A stretch of 64,000 bases of DNA from Octopus vulgaris (lineage: Eukaryota), in contig OX597828.1 of assembly GCA_951406725.2 (NCBI GenBank), positions 2,046,001 to 2,110,000 on the forward strand, written 5' to 3'. Position numbers and translations under genes: made by a program. This document shows, one piece after another, positions 41,576-54,459 of the stretch. Under the pieces are notes generated by a model. The model saw only the letters and a program-made list of their open reading frames with translations, ran no database searches and was not told the origin of the DNA. The number at the start of each line of letters is the position of its first letter. Within the stretch, counting starts at the first letter, position 1.

Positions 41576-42524
41576 TATATATACGACAAGCGATAATTTT
41601 TGCCTCTTTTTATGGAGACAAAATGGTTTATAAGAATTCAAAACAGAAGTGCCCAAGTGTAATTGAGACAGAGATAAAAAAAAACATTGATCAGAGAACA
41701 AACATCAAATTCGAGTCAACGACTTTATACATAACACTACGCGTCCAAACATTTGATAGTATATAGATATTACCATGGCCTTTCAACATATAAAGAATAC
41801 ATATCTAAAACATGCAAGAAGGTAAAAAATATATATGCAAATAAAAAAACCCCAGATATATAGAACGGTCTATCAAGAAGGTATATACAATCGACTATAA
41901 ATTCTAAAGCGTGTCATGCGATTAAAAATCTAAATAAAATAAAATATCAATTGACTAAAAAGATTTTTCTTACTCCCTTCAAACAAAACGGTTCATTTCA
42001 TAAAAACCATGGTAGGTTGGAGTCCAGGAGGGTAAAAGAGTTCCTCAAAATCAAGTCAAACATATCTATGACCATTTTGGGAATTCACTGCCGCAGTCCG
42101 ATTACGAGTTAAGGTACATCTCGGTAATGACCCTCTCATCAGGAAGCTCAACAAATTATTCGTTCAGATGAGTTACAACGCCGCATGGCTAATTTAAAGA
42201 TAATAATTCATCGCAGGACCAGTGCAAATTTTCTAACACACACAAGAAAAAAAGATTTCATTGCTAAACGTGGCTGCTAATAATAGGAATTTTTACAAAA
42301 CCCCGTAAAACTAAATATTATTTACCACATCTAATTTTAGTTCTATATACTTTCAGAAAAGTAGAAGAAAACTTATGGTTGGAAAAAGGGATCACCTCTG
42401 TAATTTATTAAAATAAGTATGGCAAGAGATTTCCTTACACACAACTTACAATTGTTAATATTGACTTTAAAATATGGGGTTACCAACAGAGGAATACTTC
42501 CAGTGCACTCGCCCATCTAATTTG

Positions 42525-42571
<47 letters not shown>

Positions 42572-42574
<3 letters not shown>

Positions 42575-42783
42575 CACTCAGCTGTAGAAATGAGTTGCGA
42601 CGTCACTGGTGCCAAGCTGTATCGACCTTTGTCTTTCCCTTGGATAACACTGGTGGCGTGGAGAGGGGAGGCTGGTATGCATGGGTGACTGCTGGTCTTC
42701 CATAAACAACCTTGCCCGGACTTGTGTCTAGGAGGGTAACTTTCTAGGTGCAATCCCATAGTCATTCATGACCGAAGGGGGTC

Positions 42784-42785
<2 letters not shown>
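42572..42785 (+). mobile_element. 5'-truncated SINE-like insertion within (TA)n
   Basis: GC-richer 210-bp island between TA runs; ttcactcagctgtagaaatgag resembles conserved SINE central domains. Confidence 0.55.
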
Positions 42786-42857
<72 letters not shown>

Positions 42858-43032
42858 GTTTAAATATTTGTAGTGCAAGATTTTTTTATGTGAAGTCGTG
42901 TGTTGAAACAGATATTGTTATATTTCGGAATGGTCATTTTGCCAGTTTAGCCAATAAAAACACACGCACTATATATTTGGTGTTATTTTGCTTCATTGTT
43001 ATTTATTTTTTACATTAATCTTAATCTTATTT

Positions 43033-43078
43033 CGGCCAGAGTTCTTTCGTCACACTCCTGTGACCGCATCAGAGGTCC
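43033..43078 (-). ncRNA. minimal hammerhead-like motif downstream of PLE endonuclease
   Basis: cct-CTGATGC-g-GTCAC-aggagt-GTGAC-GAAA-gaac-TC-tgg; A9->C change, weak stem I. Confidence 0.5.
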
Positions 43079-43445
43079 TTTGTTTTCTTCTTTCTTATTT
43101 GTGTCTCTCCTTACTAACCGTCAATCATTTTGTATTTCTATTGTATGTCTTCGTTTGCGCATGCTTATATCTCTATGTGCGTTTATGTTTATTTAGTGGT
43201 GTGTATGTGGGGGGATGCCTGTAATATTTGTATCTTCTGTTTATATATGTTCATGTAATTTGTATTTTGTTTTTGTTGTTTTTGTTTATTCTTATTTTGT
43301 TCATGTGTTTACATCCACTTATTATTATCATTACATATGCTTGTATGTATAACATCAATACTAGTAATAATAATAATAAATCGAATCGAAAAAAAATATA
43401 TATAAATAAAAAAAAAAATTTTTTAAATAAATAAAAAAAAATATC

Positions 43446-43501
<56 letters not shown>

Positions 43502-44061
43502 CACATACATACATATACATATATATAGTTATTTATTTCTATTAGTTTTGTTATCTGTGTATTTATTATGTTTTCAGGATCCTCTATTGTCATATGTTGT
43601 GGTGTGTGTTGTGCTCCATTCTAATTTTCTATTCAAGCTATGTTTATTTTCTATTATGTGTGTAGCTTCTGTAATTTGTCTAATTGTTGCATCTGATCTA
43701 TGTGTGGATAATATTTTAATTTCTATGTTATTGATTGATCCCCCGTGTTCCTGTTCGGCGTGTTGGTAAAGATTCGATGAGCTCTTACCTTCCTTGAGTT
43801 GTCTCCAATGCACATTTACCCGCTCTCCTATGCTTCTTGCCGTTTCCCCTACGTATGTCGTTGTCTTGTTACTGCATCGTCCCTCTATACATCTTATACT
43901 ATAGACTACATTTCTGGCTTTACAGTTTGTTTGTGGGCTAAATCTACATACAGTACAGTACTTATCCGTACAGGGGGTTCTACTAAAAGGATAGGTTCTA
44001 CCAATTATAGATTTGATAGGGTTGCCTATAAATATTGATAGACAGAAATATAGATAGATAG

Positions 44062-44132
<71 letters not shown>

Positions 44133-44327
44133 TTATCGTCGGTACAATCTGAAACCAATATTTCACACACGAGAAAAACGTTCTCTATAATGACAGCCAT
44201 TTTTTCTTTTTGTCTATTGAGGGTCATTTTGCCAATAAAATTTTGAATAAACACACGCAATGGTTCAATACAAACTTCTTTATTTTACCAATTAACTATC
44301 CAGTGATGTGTTTAATGTGTTGGTTGG

Positions 44328-44367
44328 ATAGACTCATTTCGTCGCTAATCACGACCTCATCAATGAC
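44328..44367 (-). ncRNA. minimal hammerhead-like motif upstream of PLE endonuclease
   Basis: gtca-TTGATGA-g-GTCGT-gatta-GCGAC-GAAA-tgag-TC; stem I degenerate. Confidence 0.45.
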
Positions 44368-44419
44368 AAGCCCTCATTCTTCAAGGTCTGCTTTGGGTCT
44401 GTCTGAGAATTAGTCTTAT

Positions 44420-44765
44420 GCTTATGCGTGCGTATGTATGTATGCTTGTATGTATGTATGTACGTATGTATGTACGTATGTATGTATGTATATACGTATG
44501 TATGTATGTATGTATGTATATACGTATGTATGTATGTATGTATGTACGTATGTATGTATGTATGCATGTATGTATGTATGTATGTACGTATGTACGTATG
44601 TATGTATGTATGTATGTATGTATGTATGTATGTATGTATATACGTATGTATGTATGTATGTATGTATGTATGTATGTATGTATGTATGTATATACGTATG
44701 TATGTATGTATGTATGTATGTATGTATGTATGTACGTACGTATGTATGTATGCATGCATGTATGT
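44420..44765. repeat. (TATG)n microsatellite
   Basis: Direct observation. Confidence 0.95.
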
Positions 44766-44769
44766 AGAC

Positions 44770-46336
44770 GCTGTGTGTGCGCGCGCATATGCATGTGTGT
44801 GGTGCCGTCGCTTGTTATTTAAATACGTAACTGTCTGAGTATATTTTCGACATAACAATCGTACGGCCTCCTTTTTCCGATCCACACTTACTCCACGCAG
44901 TACACTAGTGACCAAATTCCTCTTCCGTCATGCCAACTAACCACGTCCATTCCTATTACTACATCGACACCATCCAATACCTCATTGACAACAATCACCT
45001 TCACATTCAACGACGTTCCTTGTACCTCCAGCACCACTACGCCAACGTCTCTGCACCTAAACTCCCTATCCCCCACTGCACTCAGGCTGGTTTTTTCTCT
45101 CCAGTTCGCAACCATTTTCCCAAGGCCTCCTGCTTCCCTTGTCTCCATAACAACCTTTTTTACAGGCAGTGAACGTGGGAGTGACTAATCGGTTGTCAGG
45201 GCAACTACCGGCGCAGTATCTTCCCTGGTCACATCGGTAACATACACTTCAGATTTTGGTTCCTTGCAATCACGACACCTAAAACACAGACCATTAAACG
45301 CCCGTTTAATCTCTTCCGCCACACTTCAGTTCTGGCTATTTGCCGCCTGCATCATTATCTTACTAGTCTCTGTCGCGTTTATCGTTCTGTGTCAACATTC
45401 GCTTCATATCAACCAAGTCACCCGCTGACGTTGAGCTGGTGTCCGACAGCAGCTGCTGCAGCCTCATTTAGATATGGTCGCTGGAATTCAGTCACGAAAA
45501 CCAGCTCAGCAATTTCCTTCATCACTCCACCGCTAAACTCAGCTAGCTCAGTCAGCTCATGTAGTCGTCTACTTGCTCATCCCTTTCCTTTTCCCCAGCC
45601 TGCTGCATACGTTAAAGGCTCCTGTTTTTGCATTCTTTTGTTGCTCTTCAATCCCTTTGACTTTTAGCTGATCCGCTTCATCCCTTTCTAAATACAAATT
45701 CAGAACACTTATTTCTATGTACAGCGGTATAAGACTGACCACATCTTGTATATCCTGCAGTTTCGCAACGTTCTTCTCTTTTTTTAATTCATGTCACCAC
45801 ATCACTTTAGCCGGAATACGATCTCAAAACGTCGCTACCAACCCTTATTCTCGTGTTCATATCGAACGTCAACGTTAGAAAAGAAAGGTAAAAAGAACAG
45901 ATAAACAACGTGCCGAAGTAGTTTACAGAACACAGACGAAAACTACTCTTCACGAAGATCAGAAGTATTTGTTGCATGAACCTAAACGCTTGCGCTACCC
46001 AAACTGCAGGCCAGAATCTATTATCCTTCTGAATTTGCTCTGCAAATCTGTTCACCTCGAACAGCGACTAAGAAAGAGGTGATTAATATCTTTCTCTCCT
46101 TTCTCCTTGATTCCGATCCTGATGTTACCCTTCCTTCCTCGCTTCCGGTTTTGACGACTCCCTTTACTTTTCCACAATAAACAAACCTTTTTTACGCCGA
46201 AATTATAGTCGAAGCTAGGACTTGTATAAACTCAAAGGTACGGGGCTAATTCTGGCTGACGAGACGCAACATTTGGAAAGCCAATGTGGTAGAACACGTT
46301 GTAAAAACAAAATATTTTCTTGTGATGTACACGACA
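44770..46336 (-). mobile_element. degenerate Gypsy-like LTR retrotransposon 5' portion (LTR, PBS, gag/protease remnants)
   Basis: Protease C-terminal VKVIVVNEVLDGVDVVIGMD in ORF 44888..45148; knuckle-like CYRCDQ near 45235; TGGTAGCGACG PBS-like motif at 45830-45840; putative LTR start TGTCG at 46336. LTR limits uncertain. Confidence 0.55.
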
Positions 46337-46497
46337 GCCACTAGCATATTTGCGTTCGAATCTGCTGGTATATATTCAAAATAACTGCGCAAGTCATCGT
46401 TTCAGAGGTCTCGCTGTACACAATAAAAATTATAGATATATATATATTACCCCACCGTATGTATCGATGTACGTATATATGTATATATACATACATA

Positions 46498-46860
46498 GGT
46501 GCAGGCGTGGCTGTGTGGTAAGAAGCTAGCTTGCCAACCACATGGTTCCGGATTCAGTCTCACTGCATGGACGACCAAAGCCTTGTGAGTGGATTTGTTA
46601 GACGGAAACTGAAAGAAGTCCGTCGTATATATATATATATATATACATGTGTGTGTATGTATGAATATATTTGTGTGCCTCCGTTTGTCCCCACCATCGC
46701 TTGGGTTGTCTACGTCTCCGCAACTTAGCAGTTCGACAAAAGAGACCGATAGAATAAATACTAGGCTTACAAAGAATAAATCCTGGGGTCGATCAGTTCG
46801 ACTAAAGGCGGTGCTCCAGCATGGCCGCTGTCAGATGACTGAAACAAGTAAAAGAGTAAT
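46498..46860 (+). mobile_element. tRNA-derived SINE
   Basis: ggtgcaggcgtggctgtgtggtaagaag...gcatggccgctgtcagatgactgaaacaagtaaaaga. Confidence 0.85.
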
Positions 46861-47097
46861 AAAGAAAGGAAAAGTTTTATATATATATAGTTTAGTGGTA
46901 TATACGATCCTGGCGGTTACTGTTTACACTTAAATCGGTTTCAAATGTCGCCTAGCCACAACGGTTCTTTAGTGATGCCTGAGTTTACAATACATTGCTA
47001 GACTCTGGTAACTACTCTCGCTTTGTAAATCCGAGCGTCCTATTCAGGACTGCATAGTTTCCGTAGGGTAATAGTATCCTTATCATTATTAATAATA

Positions 47098-49062
47098 CTA
47101 GCAGAAAGACCGCCTTCCGTGCGGTTTTCTGGTAGCCCCTTGATAATATTTTCACATTTGATTCCCAATTCTAATAATTTTTCTGATATTTTACGTCTAA
47201 TTATTCCTTTGTATAATAGTGCTCACTTGCTTAGTAAATATTGCTTTCATTATTTTATCACAGTCATAATCTCTCTGTTATAAACATACATCAGAAGGAG
47301 AAGCAGTTTGTCAAGTTTTATCTTTCCCTCAAAGTAACTTAGAGATTTCAATTCAGCAGCTCATCTGTGATCTTTGCAGTGTGTGAAAGAGAGAGAGAGA
47401 GAGAGAGTGGAGGGGAGAGAGAAGGGAGAATTAATGAAATAAACATGAAATAAAAAATTGTATTAACAAAAGAGCGTTACTACAGATGTATACGCTCACG
47501 ACTTTGTTGCCTCATAACGGCCAGAAAAATGGATACTTTTTCAGAAAATATTTTACAAATACCGCTTAGATGGCTTCAGAATATATGGAGATTTATAGGA
47601 AAGAATTTTTCCGAGGGGGTGGAGAGTGGAGTTTCAGAAAATTATTTAATGAAAGTTTATACAGACCCTTTCAAATGGCATAAATTACAATTATAAACAA
47701 ATTTTTGTAGAAAATTTTTCGGGGATTTCCCCTATTTGTTTTTTAACCACAACCTTCAAAATGATGGGCCTGGAGGGGAGGGCATATTTTTACGAAAAAT
47801 GTTTTGAAAACTCTTTTCTTTTCTTTACACCCACCTTCGTCATCATCCCCCTCCGGACCTATTTTGGACAATTTTTTGCACTTCAAAACCATGGGAAGAG
47901 CATTTTCGGTAAAAAAAAATTGTTAGTATTTTCAGAGGGAAAAATGAATGATCTAAAGGCGATTTGGCTGTTGTTTCCTACACATTCAACACAATATTTC
48001 CTCCCATAAATACACTTATATGCTATAAAAAAGAAAATTTGAGAAATTATGAATTTTTGGCAACCCCACTCCCTGCCCCCGATTGTTTCTATTTAGAAAT
48101 TAAAATATTGGAGAGCCTAAGAAGGTCATTGCTGGCATTTACCCAGTGATTAAAAAAAAAGAGTTATGAAAATGATAGCATACTTTACGGTTAGAAATAG
48201 TATACTTAATAGCATACTTTCGGTTAGAAAATGTTTTTTCTTACACACACACACGGTTTCGCTTGGGGGTAAAATTTTAGATTACAATTTATTTTGTTGC
48301 TTATATTCCACCAATGGATCACGCGTGTTTTGCTTCGGCACTGTCATTCCATAAAATGTGTTCAATGCGAGAAAAATATTGATAGAAAATATCAATACAT
48401 GTGAGAGTGAAAAGGGAGGATGGTTTGGGTTGTGCTAGAAACAACAGCGAAACCGCCTTTGAACTTGTTCACCTTTACGTCTGAAAATATTTACATTTTC
48501 TTTTTACCGGAAAGGTTCCTCCCATCGTATTTTAGTTAAAAAAGAAAATGGCCCAAATCGGTCCAGATAGTTATTATTGTAAGGCTTATAGCGTTCCAAA
48601 CAGCCACAACAACAAAATCCCTTTTAAATTTTCTTACAAAAATTATACGGTTATTAAAAAAAATTTCATTCAATAAATTATGTTTTTACACTACGTATAC
48701 ATTAATAGAATAAGCTGCTGGTTTTCCAAATAGCGAATCAAAACTTGAAATGAAAACATCAAAACAGAGAGTGAGAGAATTTGCAAATGAAAATGGAATA
48801 CTCCTCAGTGAATGCAATGAGTATTTAAATTTCTGAAGAATTAGACGCAGTGAATGTAATGAATATTTAAATGCGAATGCAATGAATAAATTTGCGAGAA
48901 AGTGAAGTTTAAAAATTCAATTAACTTGAGAAACCGAAATTATGGCGAATTTCTTTGAACATGAATTTATAAAAATATTTCTTTAATAATTGCTTTATTT
49001 TACTATTTTTAGTAACTGTTACATACCTAATTAATAAGCAGCTTTCTCCATTATAGTATAGA
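47098..49062 (-). mobile_element. non-autonomous Helitron (~1.97 kb)
   Basis: Minus strand a|TCtatactataatgg ... hairpin accgc-acggaag-gcggt ... CTAG|t: canonical TC/CTAG termini, A|T insertion site, no TSD. Confidence 0.75.
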
Positions 49063-49069
49063 TATATAA

Positions 49070-49126
49070 GGCGGTGAGCTGGCAGAAACGTTAGCACGCC
49101 GAGCGAAATGCATTGTGGTATATCGT
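49070..49126 (+). mobile_element. SINE head, split from its body by the Tx1 LINE
   Basis: ggcggtgagctggcagaaacgttagcacgccgagcgaaatg...ggtatatcgt matches 20435-20491; the body resumes at 53037. Confidence 0.85.
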
Positions 49127-52100
49127 ACATCTGTTACTGAAAATTTATTGTTGGAGTGTGTGCGTAAGTGTCTATTAATTGTTATAATTCTTGTTGGACT
49201 TATTGTTGAAATAAGTGTAGTATAGTTTTCTTTCGAAAGCTATCTGTGGTTTTCCCTCGTGGGGAAAACATTTGTTGCCGGCAGGATGCCGAAAAGTTCG
49301 TGTTCTTCGTCGGGGGAGAATCGATTGAAAGTGAAGCAAAAAAATAGAAAGCTTAATTTTTGACAACGTTTCTGATGTGTTAGAAACCGAATTTCCAACA
49401 GTTACGAACACCAATAGGAAGACAGAAATGAAGAAAAGTTTTGCATCAGCGGCTGATGGTGGATCGCGACAGCTGTCAACTGACATAAAAGAATATTTAA
49501 AATATAAAGATATGATAACAGAACGAGATGGAATAGTAAAAGTTGAAATACCAGAAGAAGAATTAACGGAGGAAAAAAAGAAAATCATTATTTTAAAGAC
49601 ATTTTGTTTAAAAGCACGTAAAATTGATAAATATGTGAACAAAAAATTGAAAAATGTCTAAAACCCATCTGGCAGGACATTACATATCTAGCCAGAGGGA
49701 AGAAGTTTGGAACCATCGTGGTGAGGTTCCAGAATGCAGAAACGGCACAAAAACACTCTATAAAATCTTTAGAGTCGGAAGACACTGTGTTAATCCCAAT
49801 TTACATGGGAATGAGAACGTCAAAAGTGAGAATACTTAGAATTCCACCCGAAGTAAACCCTATGTGCTTGATGGCGGCGGTCCTGGCAAACAGGGAAGAT
49901 AGTATTAACCTCCTGCAGGCTACTGTCACAGAAAATACTTATTGAACAGGTCAAACGCTTAACATTATATTGCAGGCTAACCAAAAATTTTAGAACAGCT
50001 CCCAGAAATCGTGGAAGTAGGGGAGGAAGTTCTGAATATTTTTGTCGAGGGGCGTAAGCCCCGATGTTTCCAGTGTGGCCAACTGGGTCACATTAAAAAA
50101 TATTGTAAAGAAGGTGTAGAAGAATCAGACGACGAGGAGGAAGAAAGAGAGAGAGAAACGGAAGAAAAAATAAACAATAAAAGGAAAATGGAAGGATCGA
50201 ATCAGCAAAAGTAGAGCGAGTCGAGACCCCTCCCCCCCAAAAAAAAGCATCAGGAGAGACAGACCGAGGAAGGCGGATGAGGTAACGAACAGAGGAATAG
50301 CTGCACTATACAGTAAAAGCGAAGATTTAATGCAGGAAATAAAAACCAAAAAATCAGCAACTCGATTAATTGAACTGTCAGAGAAATATAGAAACTACGA
50401 AGTTTACGAATTGGACGAAAAAACGTACAATATGTTGGCTAACACATATAGAAAATCGGTCTCAGTATGGCAACTTGATTTTCACCAATCCATGTTTGAG
50501 GGCTTACCATCTCCGACCCTAAGTCAACAAAAGGTGGAGAATCCCTCTCCACAAGGTAAGTCATGTCTATTCACATTGGTTGTATAAATGTTCGCGGCTT
50601 GATGTCAAGCTGGAAGCAAGAATACTTCTTAAATGACATCAGGTCGAAAAATTTGGGTGTAATTGTTGCACCGGAAACCTGAGTGAAGGGGCTAAGAGAT
50701 CTGCTCCCCCTCTTGAATGGCTACGAAAAATACGCTTCTCCGAGTCGGGTTGGAGGTGGGGTGGGGTGTTGGTCTTATTAAAAAGAAACCGGGTAGCCGA
50801 GAAAAAGTTAGTTTTTTCTGACCCAGAAGGCAGGTTGCTCGTTCTTGACCTGACATTCAATTGTGGCAAGACAATCAGGTTGGTCGCTATTTTTGCACCC
50901 AACATTATTGGCCCGCAAACTGAATATTTTCGTGACCTGGGAAAGTTCCTAGCCACGTCGCATTCGCTAGTATTGTTAGGAGACTTTAACACAATATGTG
51001 TTGGCTCGAACATGAACAGAAAATGTAACCCAGGCTTACGAGATCTGCTAAGTCAATTTCAGCTAGCAGATCCATATAAGTTGGAACACTCGAACACTCC
51101 ACGGACGTGGTCAAATAGTGACGGGTTTTCCAGAAGATATCTAGATAGGATTTTAATTAGAGAAACATATAAGTCTATAGTCGAGTGTCCACAGTTTCAG
51201 CTACAGTGACCACAAGATGGTTACCTGTAAACTGACGGTAGATAAGTTGCACAGTCAGGGATCTCGCTACTGGAAACTCAATACGTCCCTTTTGGCGATT
51301 GAGGAGTACAGAAAGCGGATCAAGATGTTAATACAGAGGGCATTAACAAGTACCATCATTAATAGCAAATGGTGGTACGCCCTAAAAGTCGTTCTGCATT
51401 AGACGATCGGTTCGTCAAGTATGTCCGCTCTCACCACTTTTGTATGTGATGGCTCTAGAGCCCTTACTGCGAAGGTTGAGTGGCATCCCGAGAGAACCAG
51501 GTCTAGAGGAGTTTGTTACGGCTTACGCGGATGATATCACTATCAGCGTAACCTCAGTAGCACGCCCACGTGAAGTGGGTAAGATTATTGAGGCTTACGA
51601 GGAGCAAAGATTAACCGTTAAAAGTCGGTCGGCTTGCAGCTCGGCACCTGGGTTGGCAAGTCGATGCCTTCAGACAGCGTTGTTGGGCGTGGACGGAGGA
51701 ACCGGTTAAGTTGCTGGGAGTTTGGTTTGAACCAGGCCTCCAGATAGAGAAGAACTGGACGAAGGTATTGAGCAGGGTGGCTGCAGTAATCAAGACCTGG
51801 TCTTGGTGGTGGCTATCCCTGAAAGGGAGGGCGGAGGTGGCCAATGTGTTTATCGCATCGGTCATTACCTACCGCCTGACCGTCGTGCCCTGTCCGGATT
51901 CGTGGTTGATCAGGTTGGAGAGACAGCTCTTTCGCTTTTTGTGGAAGGGCAGGTCGCCACTTGTGAAACGCTCTGTCTGCTGTCAAAAGCCTTTAAAGGG
52001 AGGTTTAGGGATGCATTGGTTAATGATGCGCAGACATGCGTTGAGGTTGAGGCACTTCTAGATTTTCCTGGGTAGTGAACGGATGTGGTCTCTGCTGGCC

Positions 52101-53036
52101 AGACAAATGTTCCTCGAGTTCAAAAGTTGTTGCGAACAGGAAGCCTGGTGTTCTCGTAGACCGAGATCGAGTGAGTGGCATAAAGAGTGCCGTAAGGCCC
52201 TCTTGCTATTCCGACGCTGGGTTGGTAGAGTCTGAATGCGACGATGGCCTGGGGATAACTCTAGGTCTCGGATTTATTCAACTGGACAGCCTGATTCTGA
52301 GAACGTTGGACAACTTCTAAAAGTCTTTAACCAGGCAATGCTACAGAGGTGCCTTGCCCGTTTGGGATAAGCTCGCAAGACATGGTAAAAGTCAGTCACC
52401 GACCTGTCCAAGATGTGGGGTGGGGATAGGGAAAACGTCCTTCACGTTATTGTTCAGTGTCCGGAGATAACTGAAATGTGGGCTCATGCTGAACACCTGT
52501 TGTCCGGCGAAGGAAGAGTACAGCTGTCGACAGAGTCAATTATAAAAATTGACCCACCGGGAGTTTTAACGAAAGAAGGTAAGAATTGTTTTCTCGTGGT
52601 TGTAGCAATAGCAAAAGAGGCAGTATGGAAGACTAAGATAAAAGGAATTAAGACAAGCAACTTTATCTCTGGCCACAATTTACGTTCATTTTTTTCTTTT
52701 CATTTGAAAAGGAAGCTGTGGCTGGAGAAGATGTGTCTGTCGGAATGTACGTTCCAAAAGAGATGGGAGCATGTTGCACGAGTGTTGTGCGTGCAAGGAA
52801 CCGTGTGAATAGACGAAAGAAAAACAGAAAAAAAGGCACCAGCGGTAAATCGGGGCTTGTGGGGTCGGAGCGTGGCCTGATCATCGGTTCATTTGTATTG
52901 TTAATTCCATTCGATTTTTTATATATTGTATTTAAATTTTTCAAGTCACAATATATGTAAAATCATATCGCTTCACTTTTCCCATCAGTTGTTCTGTCCA
53001 TTTCTATGTTTGGCCCCCGGTAGGCAATAAAGAAAT
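49127..53036 (+). mobile_element. Tx1/L1-clade LINE, near full length, degenerate, with an internal RT deletion
   Basis: ORF1 remnant with knuckle CFQCGQLGHIKKYC. ORF2 starts at 50563 with MSIHIGCINVRGL (APE), then LLGDFN, YLDRIL, YWKLNTSLL, jumps to RQVCPLSPLLYVMALEPL, AYADD and C-terminal CPRC..E...H...C. Ends aataaa. TSD tggtat(a/t)tcgt at 49116-49126 and 53037-53047. Confidence 0.88.
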
Positions 53037-53385
53037 TGGTATTTCGTCTGCCGCTACGTTCTGAGTTCAAATTCCGCCGAGGTCGACTTTGCCTTTCATC
53101 CTTTCAGGGTCGATTAAATAAGTACCAGTTACGCACTGGTGTCGATATAATCGACTTAATCCGTTTGTCTGTCCTTGTTTGTCCCCTCTATGTTTAGCCC
53201 CTTGTGGGTAGTAAAGAAATAGGTATTTCGTCTGCCATTACGTTCTGAGTTCAAATTCCGTCGAGGTCGACTTTGCCTTTCATCCTTTCGGGGTCGATAA
53301 ATTAAGTACCAGTTGCGCACTTGGGACAATCTAATCTACTGCCCCTCCCCAATTTCAGGCCTTGTGTCTTTAGTTGAAAGGATTA
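53037..53385 (+). mobile_element. tandem SINE bodies: unit with tail A, then unit with tail B
   Basis: Both units start at ggtatttcgtctgcc (53038 and 53222). Confidence 0.88.
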
Positions 53386-53500
53386 TTGATACTATATATA
53401 TATATATATATATACATATATTCATAGTATGGGTCAGGACGCCATGATAGATCGTTAGCTCCTACACGCATTTTTTTCTCTCCTTGTTTTTTTCTGTGTA

Positions 53501-53538
53501 TCTTTCTGTCGAAGAGCGTAAGCTCGAAACGTAAAATA
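53501..53538 (+). ncRNA. minimal hammerhead motif in a pLTR-like repeat (~53420-53640)
   Basis: cttt-CTGTCGA-a-GAGC-gtaa-GCTC-GAAA-cg-TA-aaa: ACGT palindromic loop III as in minimal PLE hammerheads; A6->U. Confidence 0.55.
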
Positions 53539-53659
53539 CTTTTTCTATTTCTATTCCTGAGCGCTATATTAATACATTTGTTTGTTTGTACTCCACCTGC
53601 CTTCGTCTTTTGTTTATTTTTGTAAACTTGCCCGTTATATATAGTATTAATAAGGGTAA

Positions 53660-54250
53660 GCGAGGCCATAACATTTTGGGCAAAAACTGTCTCGCTTTCA
53701 AGGCGGTGAGCGCTGGTGCATTGTCGTGATGAAACCACCACTCTTCACTTTTCCACAGGTCGGGGCGTTTTCGTCTCACCGCGTCTCGGCAACGTTTCAG
53801 AACTGTCAGGTAAAATGCTTGGTTAACAGTTTGATCAGCAGAAACAAATTCTGTGTGGACTATTCATTTCGCATCGATGAAACAAATCGGCATCGTCTTG
53901 ACATTGAACACCACTTGATGCGTTTTTCAGGGGCGTGGTGCAATTGAATACTTCCATTAACTTAATTGCTTCTTCATTTCCGGGTCATAGCTATAGCACC
54001 AGCGTTCGTCACCAGTGATGACCTTTGGAAAAAGGTCTGGATCAATTTCAAACTCTTCTTTCAGTTCCCGATACGCATTCAGTCGTAACTGTTTTTGGTC
54101 TTGATCTTCTGTGAGCAAACGAGATAAAATTTTGTTGCATATACACGAGCGTATAAATAATTCTGAGACACATTGAAGGCTGACTTGGATGAGAGGAAGT
54201 ACGTCAATGATGAGATTGCGAATAGCAACGGAAGAACTTGGACAAAGAAA
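53660..54250 (-). mobile_element. mariner transposase fragment
   Basis: KVITGDERWCYSYDPE and RRKRPDLWKSEEWWFHHDNAPALTA. Confidence 0.85.
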
Positions 54251-54423
54251 CAACCTACTGTTTGTTGGTTACATATTTAACCGGTAGATTAAGACCCAAA
54301 AATAAAAGAGATATTGAGCCAGTGTGTGCGTTTATTATTGGTGTAATGACCCTCCCAAGACACAAGATTTTTTCAACACACACGAATTCACATCAAGATG
54401 TTGCAAATCAAATACAAATATGA

Positions 54424-54458
<35 letters not shown>

Positions 54459-54459
<1 letters not shown>

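Larger units (their letters stand above)
42857..44410 (-). mobile_element. Penelope-like element 3' part: GIY-YIG endonuclease flanked by pLTR-like segments
   Basis: ORF 43574..~44030: PCTDKYCTVC...CKARNVVYSIRC...TYVGETARSIGERVNVH...LYQH (PLE CCHH/GIY-YIG). ggtcattttgcca...aaacacacgca recurs at ~42932 and ~44222. Confidence 0.85.

Noticed and set aside
42110-42150. CTGATGA...ggt-catt-acc-GAGA on the minus strand
   Set aside because: GAAA box is altered, stem II is out of register and there is no stem I; probably chance.
46240-46285. Apparent type III hammerhead (GGCTA...CTGACGA...GAAAGCC)
   Set aside because: Neither stem I nor stem II can pair.
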